A DNA stretch of 64,000 nt from Polaromonas sp. (GCA_043778205.1 JAYWGO010000012.1:10029-74028); one strand, 5' to 3'; positions 10,427-21,558 are shown, counted from the stretch's first letter. Notes: generated by a model not told the origin, from the letters alone. Numbers and translations: made by a program.

Positions 10427-12166
10427 ATGCCCACCCTAGACTGGCTTAACCGCACCGATGCCTTCACCACTGCAAGCAAAGTACCCTACCGGCTGCTAGA
10501 GCCCATCTCCAGCCACGGCGACCCTATAGCCCAAAGCAACCTGCTCATTCAAGGCGACAACTTAGAGGCTCTTAAAGCCCTGCTACCGTTTTACCGAGGC
10601 CAGGTGAAATGCATCTTCATCGACCCGCCCTACAACACCCAAAGCGCGTTTGAACACTACGACGACAACCTGGAGCACGCCCAGTGGCTCAGCATGATGC
10701 TGCCCCGCCTGCAACTGTTGCGCGAGCTGCTGCGCGAAGACGGCAGCATTTGGGTAACGATTGACGACAACGAGGGGCATTACCTGAAGGTGATGATGGA
10801 TGAGGTGTTTGGGAGGAGAAATTTTGTAGCGAATGTGGTTTGGCAGAAACGCACCTCTCCAGATGCAAGAATCCAACTTGGAGCAGCGCATGACCACGTA
10901 TTTGTTTTTGCAAAAGCAGTAGAAAAATTATCGTTCAACCCCTTAAAGCTATCGACTGAACAAGCGAAGAATTTCAAAAATCCTGATCAAGATACTCGCG
11001 GAGCATGGGTTTCCACCGACTTCACAGCCCAAGGATGGCGACCCAACCAGATGTACGAGATCCTTAGCCCAAACGGAACGCGTTACTCACCACCGGAAGG
11101 TAGATGCTGGGGAAATGTCGAACCGGCTTACTTACGCCTTCTCAGTGAAGGTCGCATGTGGTTCGGCAAAGATGGCGGTGGCCGTCCGCGAGTAAAAAAT
11201 TATCGTGCGGAAAACGAAGGAGTTAGCTCATGGAGTTGGTGGGTCAATGAAGACGTAGGGCACAACCAAGAGTCGAAAAAAGAAATCAACGAACTGTTTG
11301 GTGCAGCGAATGCCTTTGATACGCCAAAGCCGGAGCGTTTGATTCAACGTGCTCTTGCAATAGCCACAAACCCCAACGACCTAGTCCTCGACAGCTTCCT
11401 AGGCTCCGGCACCACCACGGCAGTCGCTCACAAAATGGGCCGCCGCTGGATCGGCATCGAGATGGGCGAGCACGCCGTCACCCACTGCCTGCCGCGCATG
11501 CAAAAGGTGGTGGACGGCGAGCAAGGCGGCATCAGCAAAGCCGTAGGTTGGGGAGTTGCCGCAGATGGCGGTAAGTGGCAAGGCGGCGGTTTTCGCTTTA
11601 TGCGCCTGGGTGAGCCGGTGTTTGACGCGCAGGGCCGCATCCACAGCGCGGTGCGCTTTGCTACGCTGGCAGCGTTTGTGTGGCAGCAAGAAACTGGCAC
11701 CGCATTCAACGCCGCACTGGCTAAAGCGGGCACGCCTTACCTTGGCACACACTATATTTATGATAGCTGTCTCCGCAATATTCTATTGACCCAGGAGCCT
11801 ATTTCATTATCAAAAGCGCTCCCAACAGACCTATTTGCGCAAAGTACGCCTGACGATAGCCCATCGCCACCCCAGAGCACCGCAGGCAGCGCCGCGCAGA
11901 GCGACGTGCCGCCCACACCCCCCGCTCCACCCACAGCTACCGCCTACTACCTACTATACAACGGCATACTGGGCGACAAGCGCCCCGCCAGCGGCAACGT
12001 GCTGACCCAAGCCGTGCTAGACGCACTGCTGCAGCTGCACACGAGCACCCCCAGCCCCGATGCCCCGCTGGTGGTCTACGGCGAAGCCTGCCGCCTGGGC
12101 GAAGAGCGGCTACAGCGCGCGAATGTGACGTTCAAGCACATTCCGTATGACGTGAAGGCACGGTGA
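10427..12166 (+). CDS. mod: Type III restriction-modification methyltransferase (Mod, beta-class N6/N4 MTase)
   Basis: 579 aa. Motif IV FIDPPYNT precedes motif I LDSFLGSGTT, the order typical of Type III Mod. The res gene lies downstream. Confidence 0.85.
   Translation: MPTLDWLNRTDAFTTASKVPYRLLEPISSHGDPIAQSNLLIQGDNLEALKALLPFYRGQVKCIFIDPPYNTQSAFEHYDDNLEHAQWLSMMLPRLQLLRELLREDGSIWVTIDDNEGHYLKVMMDEVFGRRNFVANVVWQKRTSPDARIQLGAAHDHVFVFAKAVEKLSFNPLKLSTEQAKNFKNPDQDTRGAWVSTDFTAQGWRPNQMYEILSPNGTRYSPPEGRCWGNVEPAYLRLLSEGRMWFGKDGGGRPRVKNYRAENEGVSSWSWWVNEDVGHNQESKKEINELFGAANAFDTPKPERLIQRALAIATNPNDLVLDSFLGSGTTTAVAHKMGRRWIGIEMGEHAVTHCLPRMQKVVDGEQGGISKAVGWGVAADGGKWQGGGFRFMRLGEPVFDAQGRIHSAVRFATLAAFVWQQETGTAFNAALAKAGTPYLGTHYIYDSCLRNILLTQEPISLSKALPTDLFAQSTPDDSPSPPQSTAGSAAQSDVPPTPPAPPTATAYYLLYNGILGDKRPASGNVLTQAVLDALLQLHTSTPSPDAPLVVYGEACRLGEERLQRANVTFKHIPYDVKAR
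11751..11805 (+). repeat. diverged copy of the repeat element, inside mod
   Basis: ACTATATTTATGATAGCTGTCTCCGCAATATTCTATTGACCCAGGAGCCTATTTC aligns end to end with copies 1 and 13. The conserved blocks are ACTAT, ATAGCTG and CTATTT; the rest is roughly 60 percent identical by eye. Confidence 0.45.
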
Positions 12167-12268
12167 TATGGCTTGGAAGAAAACGTCCTGCCAACAAAGA
12201 GGCCATGGCACAGTAAAGCTATGACCTCTAAAAACCTCTCCACCTCCCTCACGACCGTGCCGCAACCC

Positions 12269-13069
12269 ATGGCGCACTATTTTGTCGACGAGTCTGGTGA
12301 TGGCGTATTGTTTGGCAAGCAGGGCAAAGTGCTTCTGGGCCATGGTGTGAGTACACCGCATTTCATGCTTGGCTTGTTAGAAGTAGCTGATCCAGTGGCC
12401 TTGGCTACCGCCATGGAGGATTTACGGCAAAGTTTATTGGCAGAACCTTATTTCAAAAATGTGCCATCGATGCAGCCACAACGGTGCAAAACTGCGGCTA
12501 TGTTTCATGCCAAAGACGATTTACCCGAGGTGCGTCGCGAGGTATTTAAGCTGTTAGCGCAGCATGACATTAAGTTTTATGCGGTGGTACGCAATATGCG
12601 CGCCGTACTAACCTATGCCTTAGAGCGCAAAGCGCGTGACAGCACCTATCTTTATAAGCCAAATGAACTTTACGACAGCAGCGTGGCACAGCTATTTAAA
12701 GATCGCTTGCATTCGTATGAGAGTTGCAGCATTCATTACGGAGTGCGTGGCACAGCAGATCGTATGCGCGCTTTTCAGGCGGCGTTAGATCTTTCGAGAA
12801 CACGGTTTGAGCAAAAGTGGGGTCAACAAGTCATCACGCATATTGACTTACAACCCAGCCGCCCTCAGAAGTCGACCTGCTTACAAGCTGTGGATTATGT
12901 GCTGTGGGCGCTGCAACGCTATTACAACGCACAAGAAAGCCGTTTTATTGAGTTGATGTGGGACAAGGTAGGCGTTGTCCACGCGATAGATGAAAAAACC
13001 ATCTCCGTCGAGGGCACCCATTACACAAAGAAAAACCCGCTGCCTGAATTAACAGGAGCGGGTCTATGA
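12269..13069 (+). CDS. DUF3800-family protein inserted between mod and res
   Basis: The N-terminus MAHYFVDESGD matches the DUF3800 hallmark (x-DESG near the start). Later blocks are FHAKDD and FYAVVRN. Alternative starts are ATG 12221 and TTG 12173. GC is visibly lower than in the flanks. Confidence 0.65.
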   Translation: MAHYFVDESGDGVLFGKQGKVLLGHGVSTPHFMLGLLEVADPVALATAMEDLRQSLLAEPYFKNVPSMQPQRCKTAAMFHAKDDLPEVRREVFKLLAQHDIKFYAVVRNMRAVLTYALERKARDSTYLYKPNELYDSSVAQLFKDRLHSYESCSIHYGVRGTADRMRAFQAALDLSRTRFEQKWGQQVITHIDLQPSRPQKSTCLQAVDYVLWALQRYYNAQESRFIELMWDKVGVVHAIDEKTISVEGTHYTKKNPLPELTGAGL

Positions 13070-13275
13070 ATAAGGTGTGGGAATATAGGAGTGCGCAGCG
13101 GGGTTTCCCCTTGGCCTTACATTCTCACGGCATGGAGCCGAATTTTGTTCCCACGCCGCAATTGTACAACTCTGTATGTCGTTTTGTCAAACTACTTAAA
13201 CAATTGCCTCTTCATTTTTTTCAATTAAATCAACAGCTTAGGCTGTTTAGCACAGCAATCTCTTGTAAAAGCTGA
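13066..13275 (+). CDS. possible small ORF (69 codons), ATGA-coupled to the DUF3800 gene
   Basis: Its ATG overlaps the DUF3800 TGA (ATGA). The segment is AT-rich and I recognise no motif. It may be non-coding. Confidence 0.2.
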   Translation: MNKVWEYRSAQRGFPLALHSHGMEPNFVPTPQLYNSVCRFVKLLKQLPLHFFQLNQQLRLFSTAISCKS

Positions 13276-13293
13276 ACAATTCAAGCACACCAA

Positions 13294-15972
13294 ATGACCA
13301 CCCTCACCCTCAAGTCCTACCAACAAGCCGCGCTGGACTCCCTGCGCGACTTTGCCCGCGCCGCGCAAGTCAAAGGCCCGGCCATGGCGTTTGGCGAGCA
13401 GGTGGGGCGGCCTTACAACCCTAACCCGTTTGGCGAAGTGCCTTGCGTGTGCCTGCGCATTCCCACGGGCGGCGGCAAAACGCTGCTGGCAGCGCATGCA
13501 GTGCCGCTGCTGGCGCGGGAGTGGCGTGCAACGGATGCGCCTGTGGCGCTGTGGCTAGTGCCTAGCGACACGATTCGCAGCCAAACGCTCAAAGCCCTGC
13601 AAACGCTGGGGCATCCGTACCGCGAGGCGCTGGAGGCTGCGTATGGCACAGGCCTCCAGGTATGTGCGCTGGAAGAGGTGGCGCAGATTGCGCCGATTGA
13701 CTGGGGGCGCAAAGCGGTGGTGGTGGTGGCCACGATTCAGAGCTTTCGGATTGAAGATGCCGATAAGCGCAACGTGTACAGCTTTTCGGAGAACTTTGAG
13801 CGGCACTTTAAGGGCGCGATTGAGCGCGACCTGCAGCGCCTGCATGGCTTGCCCGATGCCGTGGTGACCGAGGAAGAAGCTGCCAAAGACGGCAAAGGTG
13901 TATTGAAAGGCTTTGTGGGCCAGCCGCGCTGGAGCTTGGCCAACTGGCTGGCGCTGCACGAGCCGATGCTGATTGTGGACGAGGCGCACAACACCAAGAC
14001 GGACAAAAGCTTTACCGCACTCAAACGGCTCAACCCCAGCTTGATACTGGAGCTGACGGCTACGCCCGTAGCCAGCCAGACGAATGTGCTGTACCACGTA
14101 AGCGCGCAAGAGCTGGCGGCGGAGAGCATGATCAAGCTGCCGATTGCATTGGCCGAGCACCCGCAGGGCTGGCAGCAGGCGGTGTTTGCAGCGGTGCAAA
14201 ACCAGCGGGCGCTGCATGCAGAAGCTTTAAAGGACGAAGCGGCAGGCAACGGCTATGTGCGGCCTATGGTGCTGTTTCAGGCGCAGAACGTTAACGACGA
14301 GGTGCCGCCGGAGGTGCTGCGCAAGTATTTGCAAGACGAGCTGCATATTGAGCCGGCATGCATTGTGGTGGCGACGGGGGATACGCGCGAGCTGGACGGG
14401 CTGGATTTGCAGTCGCGCGCTTGCCCGGTGCTTTTTGTCATCACCGTGCAGGCGCTGCGTGAGGGCTGGGACTGCCCGTTTGCGTATATTTTGTGTTCTC
14501 TGCAACGCTTATCTAGCGCCACGGCCGTGGAGCAGCTACTAGGCCGCGTGCTGCGCATGCCGTACGCCACGCCGCGAGGTCGCCCCGCGCTGAACCGGGC
14601 CTATGCGCATGTGTGCGAGGCAGAGTTTTCTAGCGCTGCGCATGCGCTGGCAGACCGTTTGATTAACCACATGGGCTTTGAGGCACTGGATGTAGCGTCG
14701 ATGCTGGTGCAACAGTCTAGCTTGCCTTTATTTGAGGAAAATCAGCCTGTAGCCCAGCAGAATGTTGCGCAAGTAGCTACTAATTTTGAAGCGGTTTTGG
14801 CCACCACAGAGATAACCAGCATGCCCGGTGTGCAGTTGCAAACCATTGCGGGCACACCGCAGGTGGTGGTGACGGGGCACATTAACAGCGAACTGGAAAT
14901 TTTGCTCCTAGGCGGTGTGCGCGGCGCTAAAAGGCAAAGCCAAGTGAAAGAAAAAGTAGCGCAGCACAACGCGCTGGTGGCCGCCGTGACCTCCCCCGCT
15001 GCGCGCGGGGCCAAGTTTGCACCCGTGCCCATGCTGGGCTACCGCTCCACGCCGCAAGGCCAGCTTTGGCCGCTGGAGCGCGAGGCAGTGCTGGAGATGG
15101 TGGAGCTGGATTTACTGTCGCCCGAGGCGCTGCATTTGCCAGGTTTTGAGGTGGTGGAGCAGTCCAATACGTTTGAGATCTACATGAAGGATGCGCAAGT
15201 CAAGCTGCGCGCAGCAGATGCCAACCAGATAGCGTTTGACTACGGCTCCAGCACCATTACTTCGGATGATTTGGTGCGCTGGCTGGACCAGTCTCTTTAT
15301 CAAAAACTGTCTGAATTTACCCAAGGCCAACGTCGGGCGTGGTTTGCCGCCGTGGTGGGCAAGCTGCTCAATGAAAAGGGTTTGCCGCTGGTAACTTTAG
15401 CCAAAGCGCGCTTTAAGCTGGCGCAAGACTTAGAGCACAAGGCTGCGCAGTTGCGGGATAAGGCGGCCAAAGTACAGTTTAAGCAACTGGTACTGGAGCA
15501 AGCATGGTTGATTGAGCCCGACTGGTCTAGGCCACATTTGTTCGAGCAAGGCCGCTACCCCGCACCTGTGGGCTCACGTTATACGGGGCGCTACGAGTTT
15601 GCACGCCACTTCTTCCCGGTATTGGCAGACCTGAAGGACGGTGGGCAAGAGTTTTTGTGTGCCCAGCTGATAGACGGCCACCCTAAAGTCAAACACTGGG
15701 TGCGTAATTTAGACACCGCGCCGTGTGGGTTTGCGCTGCCAACGTCCAAGGGGCGTTTCTTCCCAGATTTTGTGGCTGAACTGCTTGACGGGCGGATTGC
15801 TGTAGTGGAGTTTAAGGGCGCACACCTTAGCAGCGAACCTTATGAGATTGAGAAAAAACAAGTGGGGCTACTTTGGGCAGGTGCCAGCCAAGGTAAGGCA
15901 CTGTTTGATTGGGCGCTGATGGCGCGGGATGGTTTGAGCCTGTCGCAGCAATTGGACAAACTTTTTGCATGA
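13294..15972 (+). CDS. res: Type III restriction endonuclease Res subunit (SF2 helicase plus C-terminal PD-(D/E)xK nuclease)
   Basis: 892 aa. Walker A IPTGGGKT, motif II IVDEAHN, a later [10 protein letters not shown] block, and a C-terminal FFPDF...VVEFKG nuclease-like motif. Confidence 0.85.
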   Translation: MTTLTLKSYQQAALDSLRDFARAAQVKGPAMAFGEQVGRPYNPNPFGEVPCVCLRIPTGGGKTLLAAHAVPLLAREWRATDAPVALWLVPSDTIRSQTLKALQTLGHPYREALEAAYGTGLQVCALEEVAQIAPIDWGRKAVVVVATIQSFRIEDADKRNVYSFSENFERHFKGAIERDLQRLHGLPDAVVTEEEAAKDGKGVLKGFVGQPRWSLANWLALHEPMLIVDEAHNTKTDKSFTALKRLNPSLILELTATPVASQTNVLYHVSAQELAAESMIKLPIALAEHPQGWQQAVFAAVQNQRALHAEALKDEAAGNGYVRPMVLFQAQNVNDEVPPEVLRKYLQDELHIEPACIVVATGDTRELDGLDLQSRACPVLFVITVQALREGWDCPFAYILCSLQRLSSATAVEQLLGRVLRMPYATPRGRPALNRAYAHVCEAEFSSAAHALADRLINHMGFEALDVASMLVQQSSLPLFEENQPVAQQNVAQVATNFEAVLATTEITSMPGVQLQTIAGTPQVVVTGHINSELEILLLGGVRGAKRQSQVKEKVAQHNALVAAVTSPAARGAKFAPVPMLGYRSTPQGQLWPLEREAVLEMVELDLLSPEALHLPGFEVVEQSNTFEIYMKDAQVKLRAADANQIAFDYGSSTITSDDLVRWLDQSLYQKLSEFTQGQRRAWFAAVVGKLLNEKGLPLVTLAKARFKLAQDLEHKAAQLRDKAAKVQFKQLVLEQAWLIEPDWSRPHLFEQGRYPAPVGSRYTGRYEFARHFFPVLADLKDGGQEFLCAQLIDGHPKVKHWVRNLDTAPCGFALPTSKGRFFPDFVAELLDGRIAVVEFKGAHLSSEPYEIEKKQVGLLWAGASQGKALFDWALMARDGLSLSQQLDKLFA

Positions 15973-16766
15973 GTATGCAAACCCACTTTTTAGGCCGCGT
16001 CGAGTACCTGCCCACCTATGCTGCGATGCAAGAGTTTACGGCTGCGCGCTCACATCAAAATATAGACGAAAACACCCTTAGACCCAAGGAAATGCTGCAC
16101 AACCAGCTATGGATTTGTGAGCATTTACCAGTTTTTACCCAAGGCCTGGCGGGTAAGCCTGAGCATCTTTTACTGCCAGGCGACATTCCTGTTGTGCAAA
16201 CCAACCGGGGTGGGCAGGTTACTTACCATGGGCCGGGGCAGGTGGTGGCCTACCCGCTGGTCAACCTCAAAGCTGCGGGCTACTACGTTAAAGAATACGT
16301 CTTCAAAATTGAAGAGGCGGTCATCAAAACCTTGGCCACATTCAATATTACGGGCCACCGCGTGCGCGGCGCACCAGGTATTTATGTGCGCACCGACGCG
16401 CCTGGCAGCCACGCGCGCTTGCTGGGGGCCGACGGATTGGCCATAACAGAAGCGGCGCTAGCGTTGGAGTCACCCCAAGAAAATTCGCATGGCGATAAAG
16501 TGGATCTGACCCCAATTAACCAGGCCCCAATTAAACCAAACAACTTCGGCAAAATTGCGGCGCTGGGTATCAAGGTGAGTCGCCACTTTACTTACCACGG
16601 CGTGGCCTTGAATGTAGCAATGGACTTGGAGCCATTTAGCCGGATTAACCCCTGCGGCTACACCGGGCTGCGCACGGTGGACATGGCATCGCTGGGCGTG
16701 GCGGCCAGCTGGGACGAGGTGGCACAGGTGTTTGCACGCAAACTTGGCGATTACCTTACGCCCTGA
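15969..16766 (+). CDS. lipB: lipoyl(octanoyl) transferase
   Basis: [17 protein letters not shown]...[14 protein letters not shown]...[22 protein letters not shown]...INPCGY. The ATG at 15969 overlaps the res stop. The track's longer ORF (15909) is an upstream extension inside res. Confidence 0.9.
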   Translation: MSMQTHFLGRVEYLPTYAAMQEFTAARSHQNIDENTLRPKEMLHNQLWICEHLPVFTQGLAGKPEHLLLPGDIPVVQTNRGGQVTYHGPGQVVAYPLVNLKAAGYYVKEYVFKIEEAVIKTLATFNITGHRVRGAPGIYVRTDAPGSHARLLGADGLAITEAALALESPQENSHGDKVDLTPINQAPIKPNNFGKIAALGIKVSRHFTYHGVALNVAMDLEPFSRINPCGYTGLRTVDMASLGVAASWDEVAQVFARKLGDYLTP

Positions 16767-16821
16767 GCCCTGCTTGGCATCAGGGAAGCCGATTTCTGTG
16801 CGATAGGCGACAATAGATGCC

Positions 16822-17838
16822 ATGAGCACCACCGAAGTCGTTCGCGACGCCCAATCGCAAGAAACCTACAACCCGCTGGCCAAGCAAAAAGCTGCCGCCA
16901 AGCTTAGCCGCATCCCCGTCAAAGTAGAGCGCGGCGAGGTGCTGAAAAAGCCTGAATGGATCCGCGTAAAAGCGGGTTCACCGTCGACGCGCTTCTACGA
17001 GATCAAGCAAATCTTGCGCGAGAGCAACTTGCACACGGTATGCGAGGAAGCCTCATGCCCCAACATTGGCGAGTGCTTTGGTAAAGGCACCGCCACTTTC
17101 ATGATCATGGGCGACAAATGCACCCGCCGTTGCCCGTTTTGCGACGTAGGCCATGGCCGCCCTGACCCGCTGGACGCGCTTGAGCCTGAAAACATGGCCA
17201 AAACCATTGCCAAGCTCAAGCTGAAATACGTGGTCATCACCTCGGTTGACCGAGACGACCTGCGTGACGGCGGTGCCAGCCATTTTGTAGAGTGCATTCG
17301 CAAAACCCGCGAGCTGTCCCCTGGCACCACCATCGAGGTGCTGGTGCCCGACTTTAGAGGCCGCGACGACCGCGCGCTAGACATTTTAAAAGCCGCACCG
17401 CCCGATGTGATGAACCACAACCTAGAGACGATTCCGCGCCTGTACAAAGAAGCCCGCCCCGGCAGCGACTACGCTTTTTCGCTCAACCTGTTAAAGAAGT
17501 TCAAAGCCCTGCACCCCAACGTGCCCACCAAAAGCGGCATCATGGTGGGCCTGGGCGAGACCGACGACGAGATTTTGCAAACCATGCGCGACATGCGTGC
17601 ACACAACATCGACATGCTGACTATCGGCCAGTACCTTGCGCCGTCCATGTCGCATTTGCCAGTACGCCGCTATGTGCACCCCGACACCTTCAAAATGCTG
17701 GAAGCCGAGGCCTATAAGATGGGCTTTAGCCACGCCGCTGTGGGCGCAATGGTGCGCTCAAGCTACCATGCAGACGTGCAGGCACAAGGCGTGCTCAACC
17801 CCGCGCAGCCTGCCCCATCTACGTTGGCGGTAAGCTAA
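16822..17838 (+). CDS. lipA: lipoyl synthase
   Basis: 338 aa. Auxiliary cluster motif [12 protein letters not shown] and radical-SAM motif [10 protein letters not shown]. Confidence 0.95.
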   Translation: MSTTEVVRDAQSQETYNPLAKQKAAAKLSRIPVKVERGEVLKKPEWIRVKAGSPSTRFYEIKQILRESNLHTVCEEASCPNIGECFGKGTATFMIMGDKCTRRCPFCDVGHGRPDPLDALEPENMAKTIAKLKLKYVVITSVDRDDLRDGGASHFVECIRKTRELSPGTTIEVLVPDFRGRDDRALDILKAAPPDVMNHNLETIPRLYKEARPGSDYAFSLNLLKKFKALHPNVPTKSGIMVGLGETDDEILQTMRDMRAHNIDMLTIGQYLAPSMSHLPVRRYVHPDTFKMLEAEAYKMGFSHAAVGAMVRSSYHADVQAQGVLNPAQPAPSTLAVS

Positions 17839-17907
17839 CACAGCCACAGGGCGCACCTGCCTATGTAATGCAGGGCCAAGACCCCACAGCAGCTTTCGCG
17901 CAACCGC

Positions 17908-20900
17908 ATGACCTCGCAGATTTTCGTCATCAACCCTGCTTCGCTGCAAAAAGCAGTGAACGCCGCGACCTACGAACGCGGCCGCGAAGTGTACCTGCAA
18001 CAGCGTGTTTTAAGCTACAGCCTTGAACCTGAAAGCAGCACGGCATGGCATATTTCAGGCCAGGTGCAAGGCAGTGGCCGCGATGTCTACAGCACGTCAG
18101 TGGACATAGAAATTACCAGCGATGGTGCTATCGCGTCGTACAGCGCCAACTGCAGCTGCCCCGTGGAGCGCAATTGCAAACACAGCGTGGCCGTGGCGCT
18201 CAAAGCCGCCTACAAGTCGGGGGCCGTGCGCGGCGTGGTCAGTAGCCCAGCGCCCGCACCCCACAGCCCAGCCCCAAACGCTGCGCCTGGGGCCACGGCC
18301 TTAAGCCCGGAGCAGGCGCAAGCGCAGCGCTTGAAGGCCCCCACCCGCACGGCCCTGGACCGCACGGCCCCCACCCGCACGTCCGTAGACCGCGCAGCAC
18401 TGGACAGCAGCATCGACGAGCGTGGCGCGACCAAGGAACTGAGCGATTGGCTAGATTTATTTGGCGACCCTGGCACCAGCACAGCTGCAGCACCCGCTAC
18501 CAGCGCCAGTGGCTACGGCGCGCCTGACCAAGTAGTCTACATGCTGGGCTTTAAGACGCTGTCGGGCCACCGCGTGCTAGAGCTGTGCTTTGGCACTGCG
18601 CGCGTGCTGCGCACGGGCAAGTGGAGCAAGGTCAAACTGGACCACTACTTTGACGGAGGTCGCTCGCCCGCGTCCGACAAAGAGGTGGTGCGCTTGATCA
18701 CCAGCATGAGCAAGAACAGCTATGGCTACAGCTACCAAAGCCACAGCGCCACGCTAGAAGGTGCTACAGGCCTGCTTGCGCTGGAGTTGGCCGCCAAGAG
18801 TGGCCGGCTGTTCACCCAGCTAGGCGACCGGGTGCTGGACCAACCAATTGCCTGGGGCCCAGACCACAGCCTGGCCTGGACATGGCAAGAAGAGCGCGGG
18901 CGCAACGCACATAAAAACGATGCCATGCTGTGGCGCATGGTGCCTAGCAAGCCCGCGTCCATGCAGTTGTTTACCAACCAGCCCGCGTTCTACCTGGACA
19001 CCGCCAGCGGCCTGTGCGGCCACGCTGTCACGCCGGGCATGGGCGATGCGCAAACCAGTGCCCTGCTTAAATCCCCCGCTGTAACGCAAGCGGCGCTAAC
19101 GCAATTTGAGGGAGCCCTGGTCAACCGGTTTGGCGGTTTGGCTTTGCCACCCAACATGACCGCACCGCGCGTGATCACCGGCATCACCCCGGTGCTGCGC
19201 CTGCACATAGAGCACGTGCAGGCCGACCAACGCGCCGAGCTGGGCCCGCTGCTGGCACGCCTGCGCTTTGACTACGCAGGCGTGTCCCACTACACCCATG
19301 GCGTGCAAAACCCTGTGATGGTTGAAACCCATGCCTGGGCCGAACAAACCCCTGGCGCAGGCCTGCAGCAGCGCACCACCCGCGTGCTGGTTCAGCGCGA
19401 CATGGCCGCTGAGCACACCGCGCAAATCACCTTGCGGCTGTGGAACCTGGCTGGCGATGCGCAGGGCGTATTTACCAGCGGCACGGGCACTGTTGCGCAA
19501 AGCCAATGGCTGCAGTGGGTGGACGATGGTTTTGCAGGCTTTAAAGACGCGGGGTTTGAAGTTACCCAAGACCAAGCGCTGGCCAGCTGGATCACCCATG
19601 TAGACGGCATCCACATCAACCTGGACGATGCCAGCGCGCCACACAGCAGCCAAGCGCAGCACAAACCAGACAGCGACAGCGCGCAAGCGGCTTGGTTTGA
19701 CCTGTCCCTGGGCATCGACATCAATGGCCAGAGGCACAATATTTTGCCCATGCTGCCCCAGCTGCTGGCACAGTTGCAAGCCGTGTCTTATACGCAGCCG
19801 TTGGCAGAAGGTGCAGCAGACAACGCGCCTGCCAACACAGCCGTGCAGTTGCAGATGCCGCCTTTTGTCTACCTAGAGCAGACGGGCGGCAGCTACCTGC
19901 GCCTGCCCACTGAGCCGCTGCGCCCCTGGCTAGAGGCCTTGATCGAGCTGGTGGGCGAGCGCGGCATTGCGGACCATGCCGACAGAGTGCGGCTGTCCCG
20001 GCTGGAGGCGCTGCGCGTGGGCGCATCTCTAGGCGCGGGCGCGCAGTGGCAAGGGGCCGACAGCCTGCGCCTGATGGTGCAGCAGCTCCGTGGTGCCGTG
20101 GCTTTGCCCGAGGTAGCGTTACCAACCGGTGTGCATGCTACGCTGCGCCCCTACCAACAGCAGGGCCTGAACTGGCTGCAGTTTTTGCGCACCCACCAGC
20201 TGGCCGGTATTTTGGCCGACGACATGGGGCTGGGCAAAACCGTGCAAACCTTGGTGCATATTGCCGTAGAGAAAGCCGCTGGCAGGCTCGACCGCCCGGT
20301 GCTGATCGTCGCACCCGTCAGCGTGATGGGCAACTGGCAGCGGGAGATTGCGCGGTTTACACCCGGCCTGTCCAGCATGGTCTGGCACGGCGCGGACCGC
20401 CATGGTGAGGCTGACCGCATAGCCCAGCAAGACATTGTCATCATGCCGTATTCGCTGCTGGCACGCGACCAGGCACGCTGGGCCGAGCAGCCTTGGCACC
20501 TGGTGGTGCTAGACGAAGCGCAAAATATTAAGAATGCGCAAACCAACGCCGCCCAGGCAGCCACTGCGCTGAACACCCGCCACCGCCTGTGCCTGTCGGG
20601 CACGCCCATGGAAAACCACTTGGGCGAGTTGTGGAGTTTGTTCCACTTTTTAATGCCCGGTTTTTTAGGCAACCAGTCGCGTTTTAAAGAACTGTTTCGC
20701 ACCCCGATTGAAAAGCACGGCAACACCGAGCGCCTGGGCCACTTGCGCACACGGGTGACGCCTTTTATGCTGCGCCGTGCCAAGCGCGATGTGGCCACCG
20801 AGCTGCCAGACAAGCAGGTCAGCATCACCAGCGTCGAGCTGGGCGACAAACAAGCCAACCTGTACGAGACGATTCGCCTCACCACCGAAAAAGCGGTGCA

Positions 20901-21558
20901 AGATGCGCTGGCCAACAAGGGCTTGGCCCGTTCGCAAATTCAAGTGCTGGATGCCTTGCTGAAACTGCGCCAAGTCTGCTGCGACCCGCGTTTGCTGCCG
21001 CTGGCATCGGCCAAAAAAATAAAGCAGTCGGCCAAGCTGGAACTGCTGATGGAGCTGCTGCCCCAGCTGCTGACGCAAGGCCGCAAAGTGCTGTTGTTCT
21101 CGCAGTTCACCAGCATGCTGGAGCTGATTGAAGAGGAGCTAAAAAAGCACGCCATGGCCTGGGTCAAACTCACAGGCCAAAGCCAAAAACGCGACCAACT
21201 TATTGCGCGCTTTACCAGCGGCGAAGTGCCGCTGTTTCTCATTAGCCTGAAAGCGGGCGGCGTGGGCCTGAACCTGACCCAGGCCGACACTGTCATTCAC
21301 TATGACCCGTGGTGGAACCCAGCGGTAGAAAACCAAGCCACCGACCGCGCTCACCGCATAGGCCAAACCAGCCAAGTGATGGTCTACAAGCTGGTGGCAC
21401 AAGGCACCATTGAAGAGCGCATGCTGCAACTGCAAGAGCGCAAAGCCCAGTTGGCCGAAAGCATGTACAGCGCCTCGGTAGCGCGCAAGCAACCCCTGTT
21501 TACCGAGAGCGATTTGGCCGAGCTGCTTAAACCGCTAAGTGCCAGCACACTGGGCTAA
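17908..21558 (+). CDS. SNF2-family helicase with an N-terminal SWIM zinc finger
   Basis: 1216 aa. [22 protein letters not shown]2 motifs [30 protein letters not shown]. Helicase-C block [12 protein letters not shown]...[21 protein letters not shown]. Confidence 0.85.
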   Translation: MTSQIFVINPASLQKAVNAATYERGREVYLQQRVLSYSLEPESSTAWHISGQVQGSGRDVYSTSVDIEITSDGAIASYSANCSCPVERNCKHSVAVALKAAYKSGAVRGVVSSPAPAPHSPAPNAAPGATALSPEQAQAQRLKAPTRTALDRTAPTRTSVDRAALDSSIDERGATKELSDWLDLFGDPGTSTAAAPATSASGYGAPDQVVYMLGFKTLSGHRVLELCFGTARVLRTGKWSKVKLDHYFDGGRSPASDKEVVRLITSMSKNSYGYSYQSHSATLEGATGLLALELAAKSGRLFTQLGDRVLDQPIAWGPDHSLAWTWQEERGRNAHKNDAMLWRMVPSKPASMQLFTNQPAFYLDTASGLCGHAVTPGMGDAQTSALLKSPAVTQAALTQFEGALVNRFGGLALPPNMTAPRVITGITPVLRLHIEHVQADQRAELGPLLARLRFDYAGVSHYTHGVQNPVMVETHAWAEQTPGAGLQQRTTRVLVQRDMAAEHTAQITLRLWNLAGDAQGVFTSGTGTVAQSQWLQWVDDGFAGFKDAGFEVTQDQALASWITHVDGIHINLDDASAPHSSQAQHKPDSDSAQAAWFDLSLGIDINGQRHNILPMLPQLLAQLQAVSYTQPLAEGAADNAPANTAVQLQMPPFVYLEQTGGSYLRLPTEPLRPWLEALIELVGERGIADHADRVRLSRLEALRVGASLGAGAQWQGADSLRLMVQQLRGAVALPEVALPTGVHATLRPYQQQGLNWLQFLRTHQLAGILADDMGLGKTVQTLVHIAVEKAAGRLDRPVLIVAPVSVMGNWQREIARFTPGLSSMVWHGADRHGEADRIAQQDIVIMPYSLLARDQARWAEQPWHLVVLDEAQNIKNAQTNAAQAATALNTRHRLCLSGTPMENHLGELWSLFHFLMPGFLGNQSRFKELFRTPIEKHGNTERLGHLRTRVTPFMLRRAKRDVATELPDKQVSITSVELGDKQANLYETIRLTTEKAVQDALANKGLARSQIQVLDALLKLRQVCCDPRLLPLASAKKIKQSAKLELLMELLPQLLTQGRKVLLFSQFTSMLELIEEELKKHAMAWVKLTGQSQKRDQLIARFTSGEVPLFLISLKAGGVGLNLTQADTVIHYDPWWNPAVENQATDRAHRIGQTSQVMVYKLVAQGTIEERMLQLQERKAQLAESMYSASVARKQPLFTESDLAELLKPLSASTLG

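Noticed and set aside
13555-14217. 220-aa minus-strand ORF inside res, and the similar long antisense ORFs 19096..19779 and 20151..20918 inside the SNF2 gene
   Set aside because: Antisense shadows with no independent support.
10427-21558. The idea that mod, DUF3800, res and the SNF2 helicase form one DISARM/BREX-like multi-gene defence system
   Set aside because: lipB and lipA (core metabolism) separate res from the SNF2 gene. The hallmark partners (DUF1998, PLD, PglZ and others) are absent.
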